In this document: in pieces, positions 27,251 to 36,561 of the stretch
Position numbering within the stretch: the stretch's first letter is position 1
Layout of the letters: every line of letters starts with the position of its first letter
DNA from: Nitrososphaerota archaeon
Lineage (GTDB): Archaea > Thermoproteota > Nitrososphaeria > Nitrososphaerales > Gagatemarchaeaceae
DNA length: 64,000 bases
Assembly: GCA_027320175.1 (NCBI GenBank)
Contig: DAHVLU010000024.1
Location: forward strand, 16,349-80,348
Direction: 5' to 3'
Translations under genes and position numbers: made by a program
Notes under the pieces: generated by a model
What the model saw: only the letters and a program-made list of their open reading frames with translations
The model's database searches: none
What the model was told of the DNA's origin: nothing

Positions 27251-29078
27251 GCGCTTCGATGGTGCCCGGAGACAGGTCGCCCACCACCATGTCGTCCCTC
27301 AGCCAAGAAGGCATCAACTCCGTCGCGGCCGGGCTCCCGAACCGCTCGTCGAGGAAGAAGACCATGCCCCTCTTCCCCGGACTCCGGACGTGTCTACCTG
27401 CGGCCTGGAACGCCTTGCGCAAGGCAGGGAGTCGCGATAGCACGAGATAGGAGTCCTGGCGCCCCGCGTGCTTCATGAACGCGTACTCGGCGTACATCAT
27501 CGGGGAGGGCGGCGGGACAGCGAGCCCTACTACGACGATCGAGCCCATGGCGCCTCCTTCGAAGTCTTCCCCTTCGGAGAACCTTCCTCCCTGGACCGCG
27601 AACAGGACCGAGTCTCCGGTGGACCTGAACGAGTCGAAGATCTCCGTGGCCTGGTCGTTTGACATCCCGGGCGCCTCGGCGACTATGTTGCGGTCGGACA
27701 CCCTCCTGGAGACCATCTCAGATATTGCCTGAAGGACGGAATAGGAGGGAGCGAAGACGCCCACCCCAGACGAGGTAGAATTGATCACCGCGGCGATGCG
27801 GCATGATATCTTAGAATACATCTCGGGGGTCCTGAGCTTGTAGCGCGTTGAGGTCCCAGTGTCCACCGCGGTCCTGACGGTCACTAGTGGGGCGGTGGGG
27901 GCTTGGTATGTCTCGATCGCCTCCGGGTCGAGCCCCACTGACCGTGCGAAGGCCGAGGAAGGGTTGACCGTCGCCGAGATGAGGACGGAGCTCGTGAAGC
28001 CCCCCAGATATTCGGAGGTCCCCCTCACTGGGTCGGGGTCCACCAACCCGATGCAGTCGTCCCACTTTACCAAGATGTTGGGAGTGGACGACGAAAGCTT
28101 GGCGAGGAAGTCTCCCACACGGAGAATCAGCGAGGGGAGCCTTCGTTCGTATATCACAGAGCCCCAGGCCGCGCCCGAACTTGCGCTCAACTCGAACGCA
28201 AGGTTCTGGAGCCAGGCAGTCCCCTGGTCGTTGCGGAACTTCTCGAGTACCGAGGCCCTGTCCAACTGCCACCTATTGCCCCCAGATATGACGCGTTCGA
28301 GCGATGTGCGCAGGACTGAGATCGACTTCGCTGCATCCTCCATGAGCATGGCCCTAGCCTCGCGTTCTGCGCCTTCCACCTGGCCCAGCGACAGGGTCGC
28401 AGACCCGATGCCCCTGTAGAAGTCTCTCAGGTTGTGGGCCTCGTCGACGACGAGCATGGTGTGGCCCCTGTCCGCCGGGCCTTGGTCGAAGATGACGTGC
28501 GCCGCCTTCGGGTCGAAGGCGTACTGGTAGGGTACCACGACGAGCTGGGCTTGGACCATCGCAAGCCTCGTCACCTCGTACGGGCAGACGTGAATCGTCT
28601 CCGACTCTCTTACGAGTTCCTGGTGGAGGGGCACCCGGGCCAGGGAACTGTCGACTAGGCGTCTGAACTCCTTCGTCAGCGGGACGTTCAGGAAGTAGGA
28701 GCAGAGGTTGTTGCTGGTGTTGAAAGTGCAATACCAGCCAAACGACTCTTGGGGGACGGCCCTGTGCCTCCTGAGGAGGCAGTAGTCGTACTTCGAGAGC
28801 ATCGACGCGGCCTTGAACGGGTGCTTCTGCTGGAGCCTCGCTATCTCTTCAACTACCCTGAAGATCTGGCGCTTCGTGCGGCATGCGTAGACTATCCTGC
28901 AACCGGTCTCCTCGGCTGCCGTGAGCGCCCCCGCCAATACCGCCGAGGTCTTCCCGAATCCGCTCATCGCCTCTGCGATCAGCGTCTGGCCGCCGCTGCA
29001 CGCGGCATATACCCGCTCTGCGAACTCCCTCTGGCCCGGGCGGAACGACTCGTAAGCGAACCGGTCGGAAACCTCCAC
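27222..29078 (-). CDS. XPD/Rad3-family Fe-S DNA helicase
   Basis: FRPGQ, SGFGKT, four Fe-S Cys ending CPYE, DEAHN, SAT, GRFSEG, QAAGRHVR. Confidence 0.92.
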   Translation of the reverse strand: MEVSDRFAYESFRPGQREFAERVYAACSGGQTLIAEAMSGFGKTSAVLAGALTAAEETGCRIVYACRTKRQIFRVVEEIARLQQKHPFKAASMLSKYDYCLLRRHRAVPQESFGWYCTFNTSNNLCSYFLNVPLTKEFRRLVDSSLARVPLHQELVRESETIHVCPYEVTRLAMVQAQLVVVPYQYAFDPKAAHVIFDQGPADRGHTMLVVDEAHNLRDFYRGIGSATLSLGQVEGAEREARAMLMEDAAKSISVLRTSLERVISGGNRWQLDRASVLEKFRNDQGTAWLQNLAFELSASSGAAWGSVIYERRLPSLILRVGDFLAKLSSSTPNILVKWDDCIGLVDPDPVRGTSEYLGGFTSSVLISATVNPSSAFARSVGLDPEAIETYQAPTAPLVTVRTAVDTGTSTRYKLRTPEMYSKISCRIAAVINSTSSGVGVFAPSYSVLQAISEMVSRRVSDRNIVAEAPGMSNDQATEIFDSFRSTGDSVLFAVQGGRFSEGEDFEGGAMGSIVVVGLAVPPPSPMMYAEYAFMKHAGRQDSYLVLSRLPALRKAFQAAGRHVRSPGKRGMVFFLDERFGSPAATELMPSWLRDDMVVGDLSPGTIEALSHDFWSGG

Positions 29079-29117
29079 GCGATATTAGGGCGCCGGACTA
29101 TATTACGACCAATATCA

Positions 29118-30398
29118 TCAGGCGGATGTGGCGAAGTCCTCTTCCCTGAACATCTTCGACGCCGCCTTCGCCACCGCCACCCTGTTCTCCTGAGTGGTAT
29201 AGACGCGCAGCACGTCCATGAAGCCGGCTATGGAACCCACCAGGGACAGCTCGCTCAGAGGGACCGCCTTCACCACCCTCCTCTTTCCCTCCGACTTGAG
29301 CAGGCTGACCTCCCTCAGCACCCCCTTGGAGTAGGTGTAGGGCACAGAGGGCGTGGTGGGGACATCGAGATAGAGCTTGCCGGGGTCCACGCCCGAAGCC
29401 CTCGCCATCCCTGCAACCGCCTTCCTTCTCGCCGACTCGTCTGCGAAGAGGAGTCCGACCTCCTCGTCCTTCCTCTGCACCACCCTCTCGAAAACGCACT
29501 TCACGAGCCTTCTGTCGTTGAAGTCAGACGCAAGCCGCCTTGCCTCCTTCAGGGCCGGCGTAGCGGGGTCGAGCGTGACCAATCTGTGAATGACGAGTTC
29601 GTCGGTGAGGTCGAGGTACTTCGAGAGGTCAGACAAATCTGTCAGGCCGAGCACCCCATCGGCAAGCTGCATCGAGCGCACCAGCATCAGCTCGGCGGCC
29701 CTTACTGTACGATGGAAGTAGACTGCCTTGAACATCTCGTAGCGGGCGAGCAGCAGCGCCTCGTATGCATAGAGGGCGGCGTCATCGATCACGAGATGCC
29801 CCCCTGCTACGTGCAGGGAGTCCATCACCCTCTGGGCGTCGACCTTCCCATACTCGACCCCTGTGAAGTAAGAGTCTCTGGGAAGATAATCCATCATGTC
29901 TGCGCTCAGACTCCCAGCTATGATTTCGTTCATGAACGGCGGCTTGGTCCTCTGCCTCCCGACGGCGAACTCGGACATCCTCTTCGGCGAGAAACCGTTT
30001 CTGTTCAGTATGTCCCCGATGGAGGTCTCGAGGATGACCCGCTGGGAGATCTCTTCGTGCGACTTGCCCGCGAGGACGTCCTCGTACATGTGGGAAAATG
30101 GGCCGTGGCCGACGTCGTGGAGAAGCGCGGCTACGCGCACCTCCTGCGCAAGGTCCGGGTCCAGCTCAGACCCGCGGACGAGCGCGTCCGCTATCTGGCC
30201 CGCCACGTGCATGGTCCCGATGACGTGCTCGAACCTTGTGTGAGTGGCGCCGGGGTAGACCAGATACGCCCCTGCAAGCTGGTGGATTCGCCTGAGCCTC
30301 TGGATGAAGGGGGAATCGATGAGCTCTTTCTCGACCTGGGTCATCCTGATGTAGCCGTGGACCGGATCTCTGATCTCGGCCACCGGGTTGAGCTTCAA
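29118..30398 (-). CDS. HD-domain phosphohydrolase (dNTPase/SAMHD1-like)
   Basis: IRDPVHGYI, QRLRRIHQL, HTRFEH, LLHDVGHGPFSH, DMMDYLPRDSY. Confidence 0.92.
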   Translation of the reverse strand: MKLNPVAEIRDPVHGYIRMTQVEKELIDSPFIQRLRRIHQLAGAYLVYPGATHTRFEHVIGTMHVAGQIADALVRGSELDPDLAQEVRVAALLHDVGHGPFSHMYEDVLAGKSHEEISQRVILETSIGDILNRNGFSPKRMSEFAVGRQRTKPPFMNEIIAGSLSADMMDYLPRDSYFTGVEYGKVDAQRVMDSLHVAGGHLVIDDAALYAYEALLLARYEMFKAVYFHRTVRAAELMLVRSMQLADGVLGLTDLSDLSKYLDLTDELVIHRLVTLDPATPALKEARRLASDFNDRRLVKCVFERVVQRKDEEVGLLFADESARRKAVAGMARASGVDPGKLYLDVPTTPSVPYTYSKGVLREVSLLKSEGKRRVVKAVPLSELSLVGSIAGFMDVLRVYTTQENRVAVAKAASKMFREEDFATSA

Positions 30399-30424
30399 CC
30401 GGCCGGAAAAGCGGTCTTGGCGTC

Positions 30425-31033
30425 TTAAACGGTTCGGCCGCCGGCTGCGAGGGCCTTGGTGACCGCGGCCCTGACCGACTCCGCCGTCTCATCAATCCGC
30501 CTATTGGCGTCGACCAAGGTCCAGCCGAACTTGGCAGCGAGGTCGGAGTATGCCCTTCGCGCCTTCGACTGGAGGTCCATATTGCGCTCGTAGGAGTCCT
30601 TGGACCCTCTCCTGGGCGCGAGGGCCGCTGGCGAGGCGTCGAGCACCAGCGTCAGGTTGGGCACGGGGAGGCCTGACTCGATGCCCATCAGCCAGTCGAG
30701 TTGCAGGCCGTTGGAAATGCCGTACGCGAGGTTCGACCCCGAGTACCTGTCCACTATCACTACGTCCATCCTCAGGAGCATGCCTTCCAGCTCCCCTATC
30801 GTCTCCCACCTGTTGGCGGCGTAAAGCATTGCCCTGACCTGGGGAGGATAGTGCGCCTTCCCCGTCAGAAACTTTCTGATCTCCTTCCCTATCGTCGTCC
30901 CGTAGACCGGATACGACAGGGTGCGGGTGGACATCCCCCGTTGCTGGAGCCACGCCTTCAGGAGTGATGTCTGGGTCCGCTTCCCAACCGCGTCCACCCC
31001 TTCGATGGCGATGAATAGATGGCTCCGCCCCAT
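30425..31033 (-). CDS. tmk: Thymidylate kinase
   Basis: IEGVDAVGKRTQ, LYAANRW, VDRYSGSNLAY. Confidence 0.95.
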   Translation of the reverse strand: MGRSHLFIAIEGVDAVGKRTQTSLLKAWLQQRGMSTRTLSYPVYGTTIGKEIRKFLTGKAHYPPQVRAMLYAANRWETIGELEGMLLRMDVVIVDRYSGSNLAYGISNGLQLDWLMGIESGLPVPNLTLVLDASPAALAPRRGSKDSYERNMDLQSKARRAYSDLAAKFGWTLVDANRRIDETAESVRAAVTKALAAGGRTV

Positions 31034-31069
31034 GATGAGGTGTGGCTATGGTGCGTCTAAATCCGTTTC

Positions 31070-32851
31070 CTAGAACAGTACCGACAGCATGAAGAGCGCC
31101 GCCACGGCTGCGACCCCGAACCTGAGGTACGCGCGAGCGAACCTGGAGCTCGCCTGGGTAATCGCCGCGAACTCCTCCAGGGCCTTGGAACCGAAAACCC
31201 TGACCTGAGTCTTCGACCGCGCAGCGCCGAATTCAGCCTCCGAGAGCCTTGGGTCAGCGAGCCGGGCCAGGTCGACCGCGAGTTTGGCTATGGAACCGAC
31301 CGGAGTCGCTTCGCCGAGCGCTTCGTACCCCCTTTCGACGGTCAAGCCCCTGGCGGCCAGATTGTGGCTGTCCGACGTGCAGAACTCGATCAGCCCGTAG
31401 CCGGCCGATGCGAGCGCCGTGGACACTTCGCCTCTCAGCCTGGAGACCGCGTTGTTCGCGTCTGCGAGCATGAGCACAGATTTGACTCCGCCAGACTGTA
31501 TCATGAACAAGCCGACGCCGTTCTCCGTGATGTCCCTCCCTCCCCTGAACCCCGCCTCGCTCGAGTGGGCGTAGGCGACGCTGAACTTGGCGGCCTTGGC
31601 CGCCTTGGCGTCGGCGAAGAGCCTCTCCCACCCAGGGTCGTTCGTGACCGGCGCCTCGAGGGCGTGGTCTATCGAGTTGTGGGCGTCGACCACGGAAAGG
31701 TCGAAGCCAGCTTCTTCCGCGGCGCGGGCGAGGTCGGTCTCGACTGTGATGTCGAGGTCGTCCGACCCCAAAGGAGCGAATGAAATCGTCAGCAGCATGT
31801 CGTCGGAGAACGCGGTCGCGCATGCCTTCGCCTTCCCCACCACGGCTGACAGCGGGCCCCTGACCGCAGCCTTGGCGGCGGTGGGCGTGATCGACTGCGC
31901 CAACTCCTTCACCGCCGCGGCATATTTTGCGGCGTCGGCCCTGGTGGCAAGGTTGTACTCGTGGCCCCCTGGCTTGTGCAGGGTCATGGCAGGCCCCACG
32001 TCCCTGAGCTCCCGGCCGATGACCCCCGGAAGGTCGTAGCTCCCCACTGGGTGGAACGGCCCCGGGTGCACCCCGGGCAGGACGAGGAAGAACTCCCCGG
32101 TCTTTGACCTGAACCGCAGCACCCTGGTGGTGACCGTCGCCGTTTCAGAGTGGTCGGCGATTATCCCCTCGAGCTCGTCGGCGTCCCCTGCGGTCCATGT
32201 TTTCATGAATGCCTGGAAGAGGCTCAGCGAGTCGTGGCCGAGGCTCGTCTTGGTCCGCCTGAGAGACAGCGGGAAGGCGACGATTATCGCGACGGAAACC
32301 ACCCCGAGGGCGACCGCTAGTGGGTCCAGACCCCTGACGACGGGGGCGAGCCCGACGACCAGCAGGGTGGCGGCGGGATGGAGGGCCGAGAGGCCCAGGG
32401 ACAGCCCCACGTTCTTGGTGAAGGCTCCGTTGATGATCAGGAACTCCAGACCCGCGCAGATGAAGGCCCCATAGACCAGCGCGTTCCCGGCCGGCTTCGG
32501 CGACCCCACGGCCCAGGCATACGCTGCCCCAGCCGCACTGAATGCCAGCCAGAGCAGCTCCCCCGCCAAGAGGAGCGCCGAGACCCGGCGCATGTTTGCT
32601 ATGGTCTTCCTGTCCGCGATGTTCAGGGCGCTTGACATGGCCGCAGCAGAAAGGACGAAGACTGCGAAAGCAGGGACGAGCGACACCGCGCCCGAGACCC
32701 CTCTGGAGACCAGGACGAGGCCGAGCGATGCCAATGCCCCATAGAACAGGAGACGGAGGGAGGAAGGGAGGACGAAGAGGTGTCTGTACCGGCTTGCGAG
32801 TGTCTCCGTGGCAGAGGCTGTGCTCAGGTCACGCGAAGATGTTGATGACAA
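31070..32851 (-). CDS. DUF2070 family membrane protein
   Basis: N-terminal TMs, VHPGPF, VDAHN, DANN, TSDSH; secG-DUF2070-tmk synteny. Confidence 0.85.
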   Translation of the reverse strand: MSSTSSRDLSTASATETLASRYRHLFVLPSSLRLLFYGALASLGLVLVSRGVSGAVSLVPAFAVFVLSAAAMSSALNIADRKTIANMRRVSALLLAGELLWLAFSAAGAAYAWAVGSPKPAGNALVYGAFICAGLEFLIINGAFTKNVGLSLGLSALHPAATLLVVGLAPVVRGLDPLAVALGVVSVAIIVAFPLSLRRTKTSLGHDSLSLFQAFMKTWTAGDADELEGIIADHSETATVTTRVLRFRSKTGEFFLVLPGVHPGPFHPVGSYDLPGVIGRELRDVGPAMTLHKPGGHEYNLATRADAAKYAAAVKELAQSITPTAAKAAVRGPLSAVVGKAKACATAFSDDMLLTISFAPLGSDDLDITVETDLARAAEEAGFDLSVVDAHNSIDHALEAPVTNDPGWERLFADAKAAKAAKFSVAYAHSSEAGFRGGRDITENGVGLFMIQSGGVKSVLMLADANNAVSRLRGEVSTALASAGYGLIEFCTSDSHNLAARGLTVERGYEALGEATPVGSIAKLAVDLARLADPRLSEAEFGAARSKTQVRVFGSKALEEFAAITQASSRFARAYLRFGVAAVAALFMLSVLF

Positions 32852-32987
32852 TCGACACAGCTATGAGCACAACTGAACCGATCAGGACCACTTCGGGCCT
32901 GATCTTCACGCCCTGAGTCTCTTCGTTGAAGAATGTGAGCAGGCCAGCGCTCGAAGCGGGCATCGGTGCGTTGTCCTTCTTACTCAT
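32829..32987 (-). CDS. secG: Preprotein translocase subunit Sec61beta/SecG (missed by ORF track)
   Basis: Hand translation MSKKDNAPMPASSAGLLTFFNEETQGVKIRPEVVLIGSVVLIAVSIVINIFA. Confidence 0.92.
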   Translation of the reverse strand: MSKKDNAPMPASSAGLLTFFNEETQGVKIRPEVVLIGSVVLIAVSIVINIFA

Positions 32988-33033
32988 CAGGAGTTCGGAG
33001 CTCCTCCAGAGTTCTTAAGCCTAGCGCCGGGCA

Positions 33034-34440
33034 TCAGACGAACCCGCTTTCAGTGAGCTTCGTGACCACGCCCCCCCAGAACCTCCCGCTCATAGTGAAG
33101 AGGGCGGACAGCCCGACGAGCGCCCCTCCCCCAATCACGGCGATGATTGGGAATATGGTCGCGACGGAGACGAGCAGGAAGACCCCCACAAGGGGGATGG
33201 CCGTGGACATCTGCCTCAGGCTGAACTGGGCCGGCATCATCAGGTCGTCCCCCTTCACCTGAATCGGGGCCACGTACGCGGCCCACAGTATCTCGACGAC
33301 GTAGGAACCAGGGATGACGACCGCTACCACGACGAAGGCCCCGAGGGCTTCGGCATACCCCAGCGCGAAGAGCCCCAGGTCGGCGATGGCGAAGGGGGCC
33401 AGGATGAGGAAGAGAGCCACCACCCGCGACGCCACCAGATGGCGGAAGTACACGCTCGGTGGGAGAGACGTAAGGCAAAGCCAGATCCGCTCGTTGGTTA
33501 TCGCCGACTGAGAGAAGAAGAACGACATGAACGCCAATGCGATGGCCACTGCGAGCGCGGCCGGAAGCGAATTGGGGGCGGCGAACTGGGCAGGCGGTCC
33601 CAGATAGAGCACAGACGCAAAGTAAGCAGCCGCCGCCACCGATGTCGCGGTGACGACCCAGCGGGTCTTGACCCGTCTCGAGACATACCTCGAGGCCCCA
33701 GCCATGTTCATCCTGCCGGCGAGAGACAGTGCCGAGAGGTTCATCGAATAGATGGCTCCCACAGGGCTCTTGCCCGAATAGGTTACCTGGGATTTGATTT
33801 CCGACGAAGACGACTTCACCAGGTTCTTCATCATGTCCAGCTCTATCCGTGAAAGGCCCCTGAACGCCGCGGCGGTGGTCGCAGCGCCCAACACCAACAG
33901 CGTCGCGGTCCCGGCATAGACGTTCCCGTTGAACGGGGCGCCTGGTGAGAATGGGAACTTGGCGATGCCGAGGAGGGTCCAGACAGCTACCGCGACGGCG
34001 AGAGAAAGGCGCACCTTGGTGCCCAGCGACGTAGCGAGTATCCCGAGCGAGGTGAAGGTCAGGGCCAGGGCGACCAGGTCCGCCACCAGGAAGACAGACG
34101 CGAGCGACTGCGACAGGTAGACGAACATGAAGAGGATTGTAATTCCGAAGGCGATGAACTGTGAGAAGAAGATCGCGATGGAGAGGTCTCTGTGACTGAG
34201 AGGGAGCGTGAAGAGGTAGTCCCGGTCAGATTTCAGCACCATCACCCCGCCGGTGGCCAGCGCCATAGCGAGGAAGAGTGCGATTATCGCAGTGCCGTAG
34301 TAACTCAGGATGAGGTTCTCACTTTGGGGAGGGACGACGGACGATATCCCGAGTTCGTAGACGACCAAGATCACCATGAGTATCAGGAACGGCCTGGAGA
34401 ACCGCGTCCGGATGATGAACTTCAGCAGCCTAGGCAGCAT
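33034..34440 (-). CDS. ABC exporter permease (multi-TM)
   Basis: Many TM helices, [12 protein letters not shown]; coupled to the ABC ATPase gene. Confidence 0.8.
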   Translation of the reverse strand: MLPRLLKFIIRTRFSRPFLILMVILVVYELGISSVVPPQSENLILSYYGTAIIALFLAMALATGGVMVLKSDRDYLFTLPLSHRDLSIAIFFSQFIAFGITILFMFVYLSQSLASVFLVADLVALALTFTSLGILATSLGTKVRLSLAVAVAVWTLLGIAKFPFSPGAPFNGNVYAGTATLLVLGAATTAAAFRGLSRIELDMMKNLVKSSSSEIKSQVTYSGKSPVGAIYSMNLSALSLAGRMNMAGASRYVSRRVKTRWVVTATSVAAAAYFASVLYLGPPAQFAAPNSLPAALAVAIALAFMSFFFSQSAITNERIWLCLTSLPPSVYFRHLVASRVVALFLILAPFAIADLGLFALGYAEALGAFVVVAVVIPGSYVVEILWAAYVAPIQVKGDDLMMPAQFSLRQMSTAIPLVGVFLLVSVATIFPIIAVIGGGALVGLSALFTMSGRFWGGVVTKLTESGFV

Positions 34441-35218
34441 CTGTCATCATTCTCGCCACGATCTTCTCGATCGGCTCGTCTGGCGAGCCTCTCTTCCTGA
34501 GTTCGGCTATGGTCCCCTCCCAAAGGAACTGACCCTTCGTGATCATGACGACGCTGTCCGTGAGCCTGTCTGCTATCGCCATTATGTGGGTCGATACGAG
34601 GTGAGTCCCCTCCAGTTTGTCTAGGAGGCCGATCACCTTCTCCTGGGTCGGGATGTCGAGATAGTTGAGCGGCTCGTCGAGGAGGAGTATCTTGGGGGAG
34701 TGCACCAGGGCCAGCGCGATGGCCAGCTTCTGTGTGTTCCCCCTAGAAAGCCGTCCGACGTTCGCCTTCTCGTACTGTCGGAGATCCAGCTCGTCCAGGA
34801 GGAAGTCGACCCTGTCTTTCGTGTCCGGCACGCCTCTGAGGGCCCCGATGTATTCGAGGTTCTCCCGGACAGAAAGCATCCTGTAGGGGAGGGCGTCCTC
34901 TGGTAGATACCCCACCAGGGATTTGGCTTCTCTGCTGTCGGGTGCGAAGCCCTGGACCTTGACGTATCCTGTGTCAGGTTTCAGGGAGCCGATGAGGAGC
35001 TTCAGCGTCGTCGACTTCCCTGCTCCGTTCGGCCCAAGCAACGCGAACCTCCCCCCGGCTGGAATCTCAAAGGTGAGGTCGCTGAGGGCCGGAACCTGGC
35101 CGTACGATTTGCTGACGTGAGTGAGCTCGATGCTGGCGCGCGAACCATCATTGGAAGAAGCCAACCTAGACGTTCCGACCCTGAGCCCCCCGGGCGTATA
35201 AACGAACCCGCCCGACAT
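34430..35218 (-). CDS. ABC transporter ATP-binding protein (true start probably ~35164)
   Basis: [26 protein letters not shown]. Confidence 0.93.
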   Translation of the reverse strand: MSGGFVYTPGGLRVGTSRLASSNDGSRASIELTHVSKSYGQVPALSDLTFEIPAGGRFALLGPNGAGKSTTLKLLIGSLKPDTGYVKVQGFAPDSREAKSLVGYLPEDALPYRMLSVRENLEYIGALRGVPDTKDRVDFLLDELDLRQYEKANVGRLSRGNTQKLAIALALVHSPKILLLDEPLNYLDIPTQEKVIGLLDKLEGTHLVSTHIMAIADRLTDSVVMITKGQFLWEGTIAELRKRGSPDEPIEKIVARMMTDAA

Positions 35219-35271
35219 GCGGCCCGCTTATCTCCAAACACGTATAATCGACGTTCGGGCGCCAAAGGCCC

Positions 35272-36561
35272 ATGCCCTCGTACGAATCCGAGTTCAAGTC
35301 GGTGATAAGGAAAGTCAGGTCGCACGAGAAATGGTTCTCACAAAGCCTCCCGATGATAGCCAGCGAGAACCTGGCGTCGGAGCCGGTCCGGAGAGTCCTC
35401 TCCTCGGACCTCGGGCACAGGTATGCCGAAGGTTGGCCCGGAGAGAGGGTCTACGCGGGGTGCAGGTACATCGACCAGATAGAGCTCCAGGCGATGGCGC
35501 TGGGGAAGAAGCTCTTCAGGGCGGACCACGTCGACGTCAGGCCGGTGTCCGGGGTGAACGCCAACCTGGCCGTCTATTCCGCGTTGAGCGGGCCTGGAGA
35601 CACGCTGATGGCGCTCTCGATCCCCAACGGGGGGCATATTTCGCACGGGAAGAAGGACTTCGGCGGCACCGCCGGCCTCGTTCATTCTCTGGAAGTATCA
35701 TACTTCGCCTTCGACAAAGAAGCAATGAACATCGACGTCGATGAGACGAAGAAGAGGATAGCCGCCCTGCCCTCGCTGAAGCTCGCGATGTTCGGATGCA
35801 GCCTCTTCCTCTTCCCTCATCCCGTAAAGGAGCTGACGCAGGCGATTCACGACAAGGGAGGGACCGTCTGCTACGACGCCGCCCATGTAGCAGGGCTCAT
35901 CGCCGGCGGACAGTTCCAGGACCCCCTGCGGGAAGGGGCCCAGGTGATGACGTTCAGCACCCACAAGGTGCTCTTCGGCCCCCAGGGCGGAGCGATAGCG
36001 TCGACCGCCGAGCTGGCCGAGCCGCTGAAGAAAGCGGTCTTCCCTGGCACGGCAAGCAACCACCACCTGCACAACGTCGCAGCGAAGGCTATGGTCTTCG
36101 CGGAGTTCCTGCAGTTCGGGCGGAGATATGCGAAGGACGTTGTGGCGAACGCCCAGACGCTCGCCGTCAGGCTGGCTGAGCTCGGGGAGAAGGTCCTGGG
36201 CGAAAAACATGGGTACACGAAGTCCCATCAGGTGGCCCTGGACGTGACCAAGTACTCCGACGGCGGAGTCGTGGAGAAGCTCCTCGAGGACCAGAACATC
36301 ATATGCAACAGGGAACCGATCCCCGGCGACCTGCAGGCGGGCAGGCACTACACCAACCCCGGCGGCATACGCCTGGGGGTGGCGGAGCTCACGCGCCTGG
36401 GGATGGGAAGGTCGGAGATGAAAGAGATCGCCGAGCTGGTGCATCTGGGCATGGGGGGAGCCAGGAAACGTGAAGTCGTCATCAGGACCAAAGAGCTGAG
36501 GCGGAGGTTCCAGAAGGTCAAGTACTCCTTCAGGGACTCGCCGGCCTACTCATTTGGCTAG
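35272..36561 (+). CDS. glyA: Serine hydroxymethyltransferase
   Basis: MIASEN, YAEGWPGERVYAG, GGHISH, YDAAH, STHK (PLP Lys) ..GPQGG. Confidence 0.97.
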   Translation: MPSYESEFKSVIRKVRSHEKWFSQSLPMIASENLASEPVRRVLSSDLGHRYAEGWPGERVYAGCRYIDQIELQAMALGKKLFRADHVDVRPVSGVNANLAVYSALSGPGDTLMALSIPNGGHISHGKKDFGGTAGLVHSLEVSYFAFDKEAMNIDVDETKKRIAALPSLKLAMFGCSLFLFPHPVKELTQAIHDKGGTVCYDAAHVAGLIAGGQFQDPLREGAQVMTFSTHKVLFGPQGGAIASTAELAEPLKKAVFPGTASNHHLHNVAAKAMVFAEFLQFGRRYAKDVVANAQTLAVRLAELGEKVLGEKHGYTKSHQVALDVTKYSDGGVVEKLLEDQNIICNREPIPGDLQAGRHYTNPGGIRLGVAELTRLGMGRSEMKEIAELVHLGMGGARKREVVIRTKELRRRFQKVKYSFRDSPAYSFG

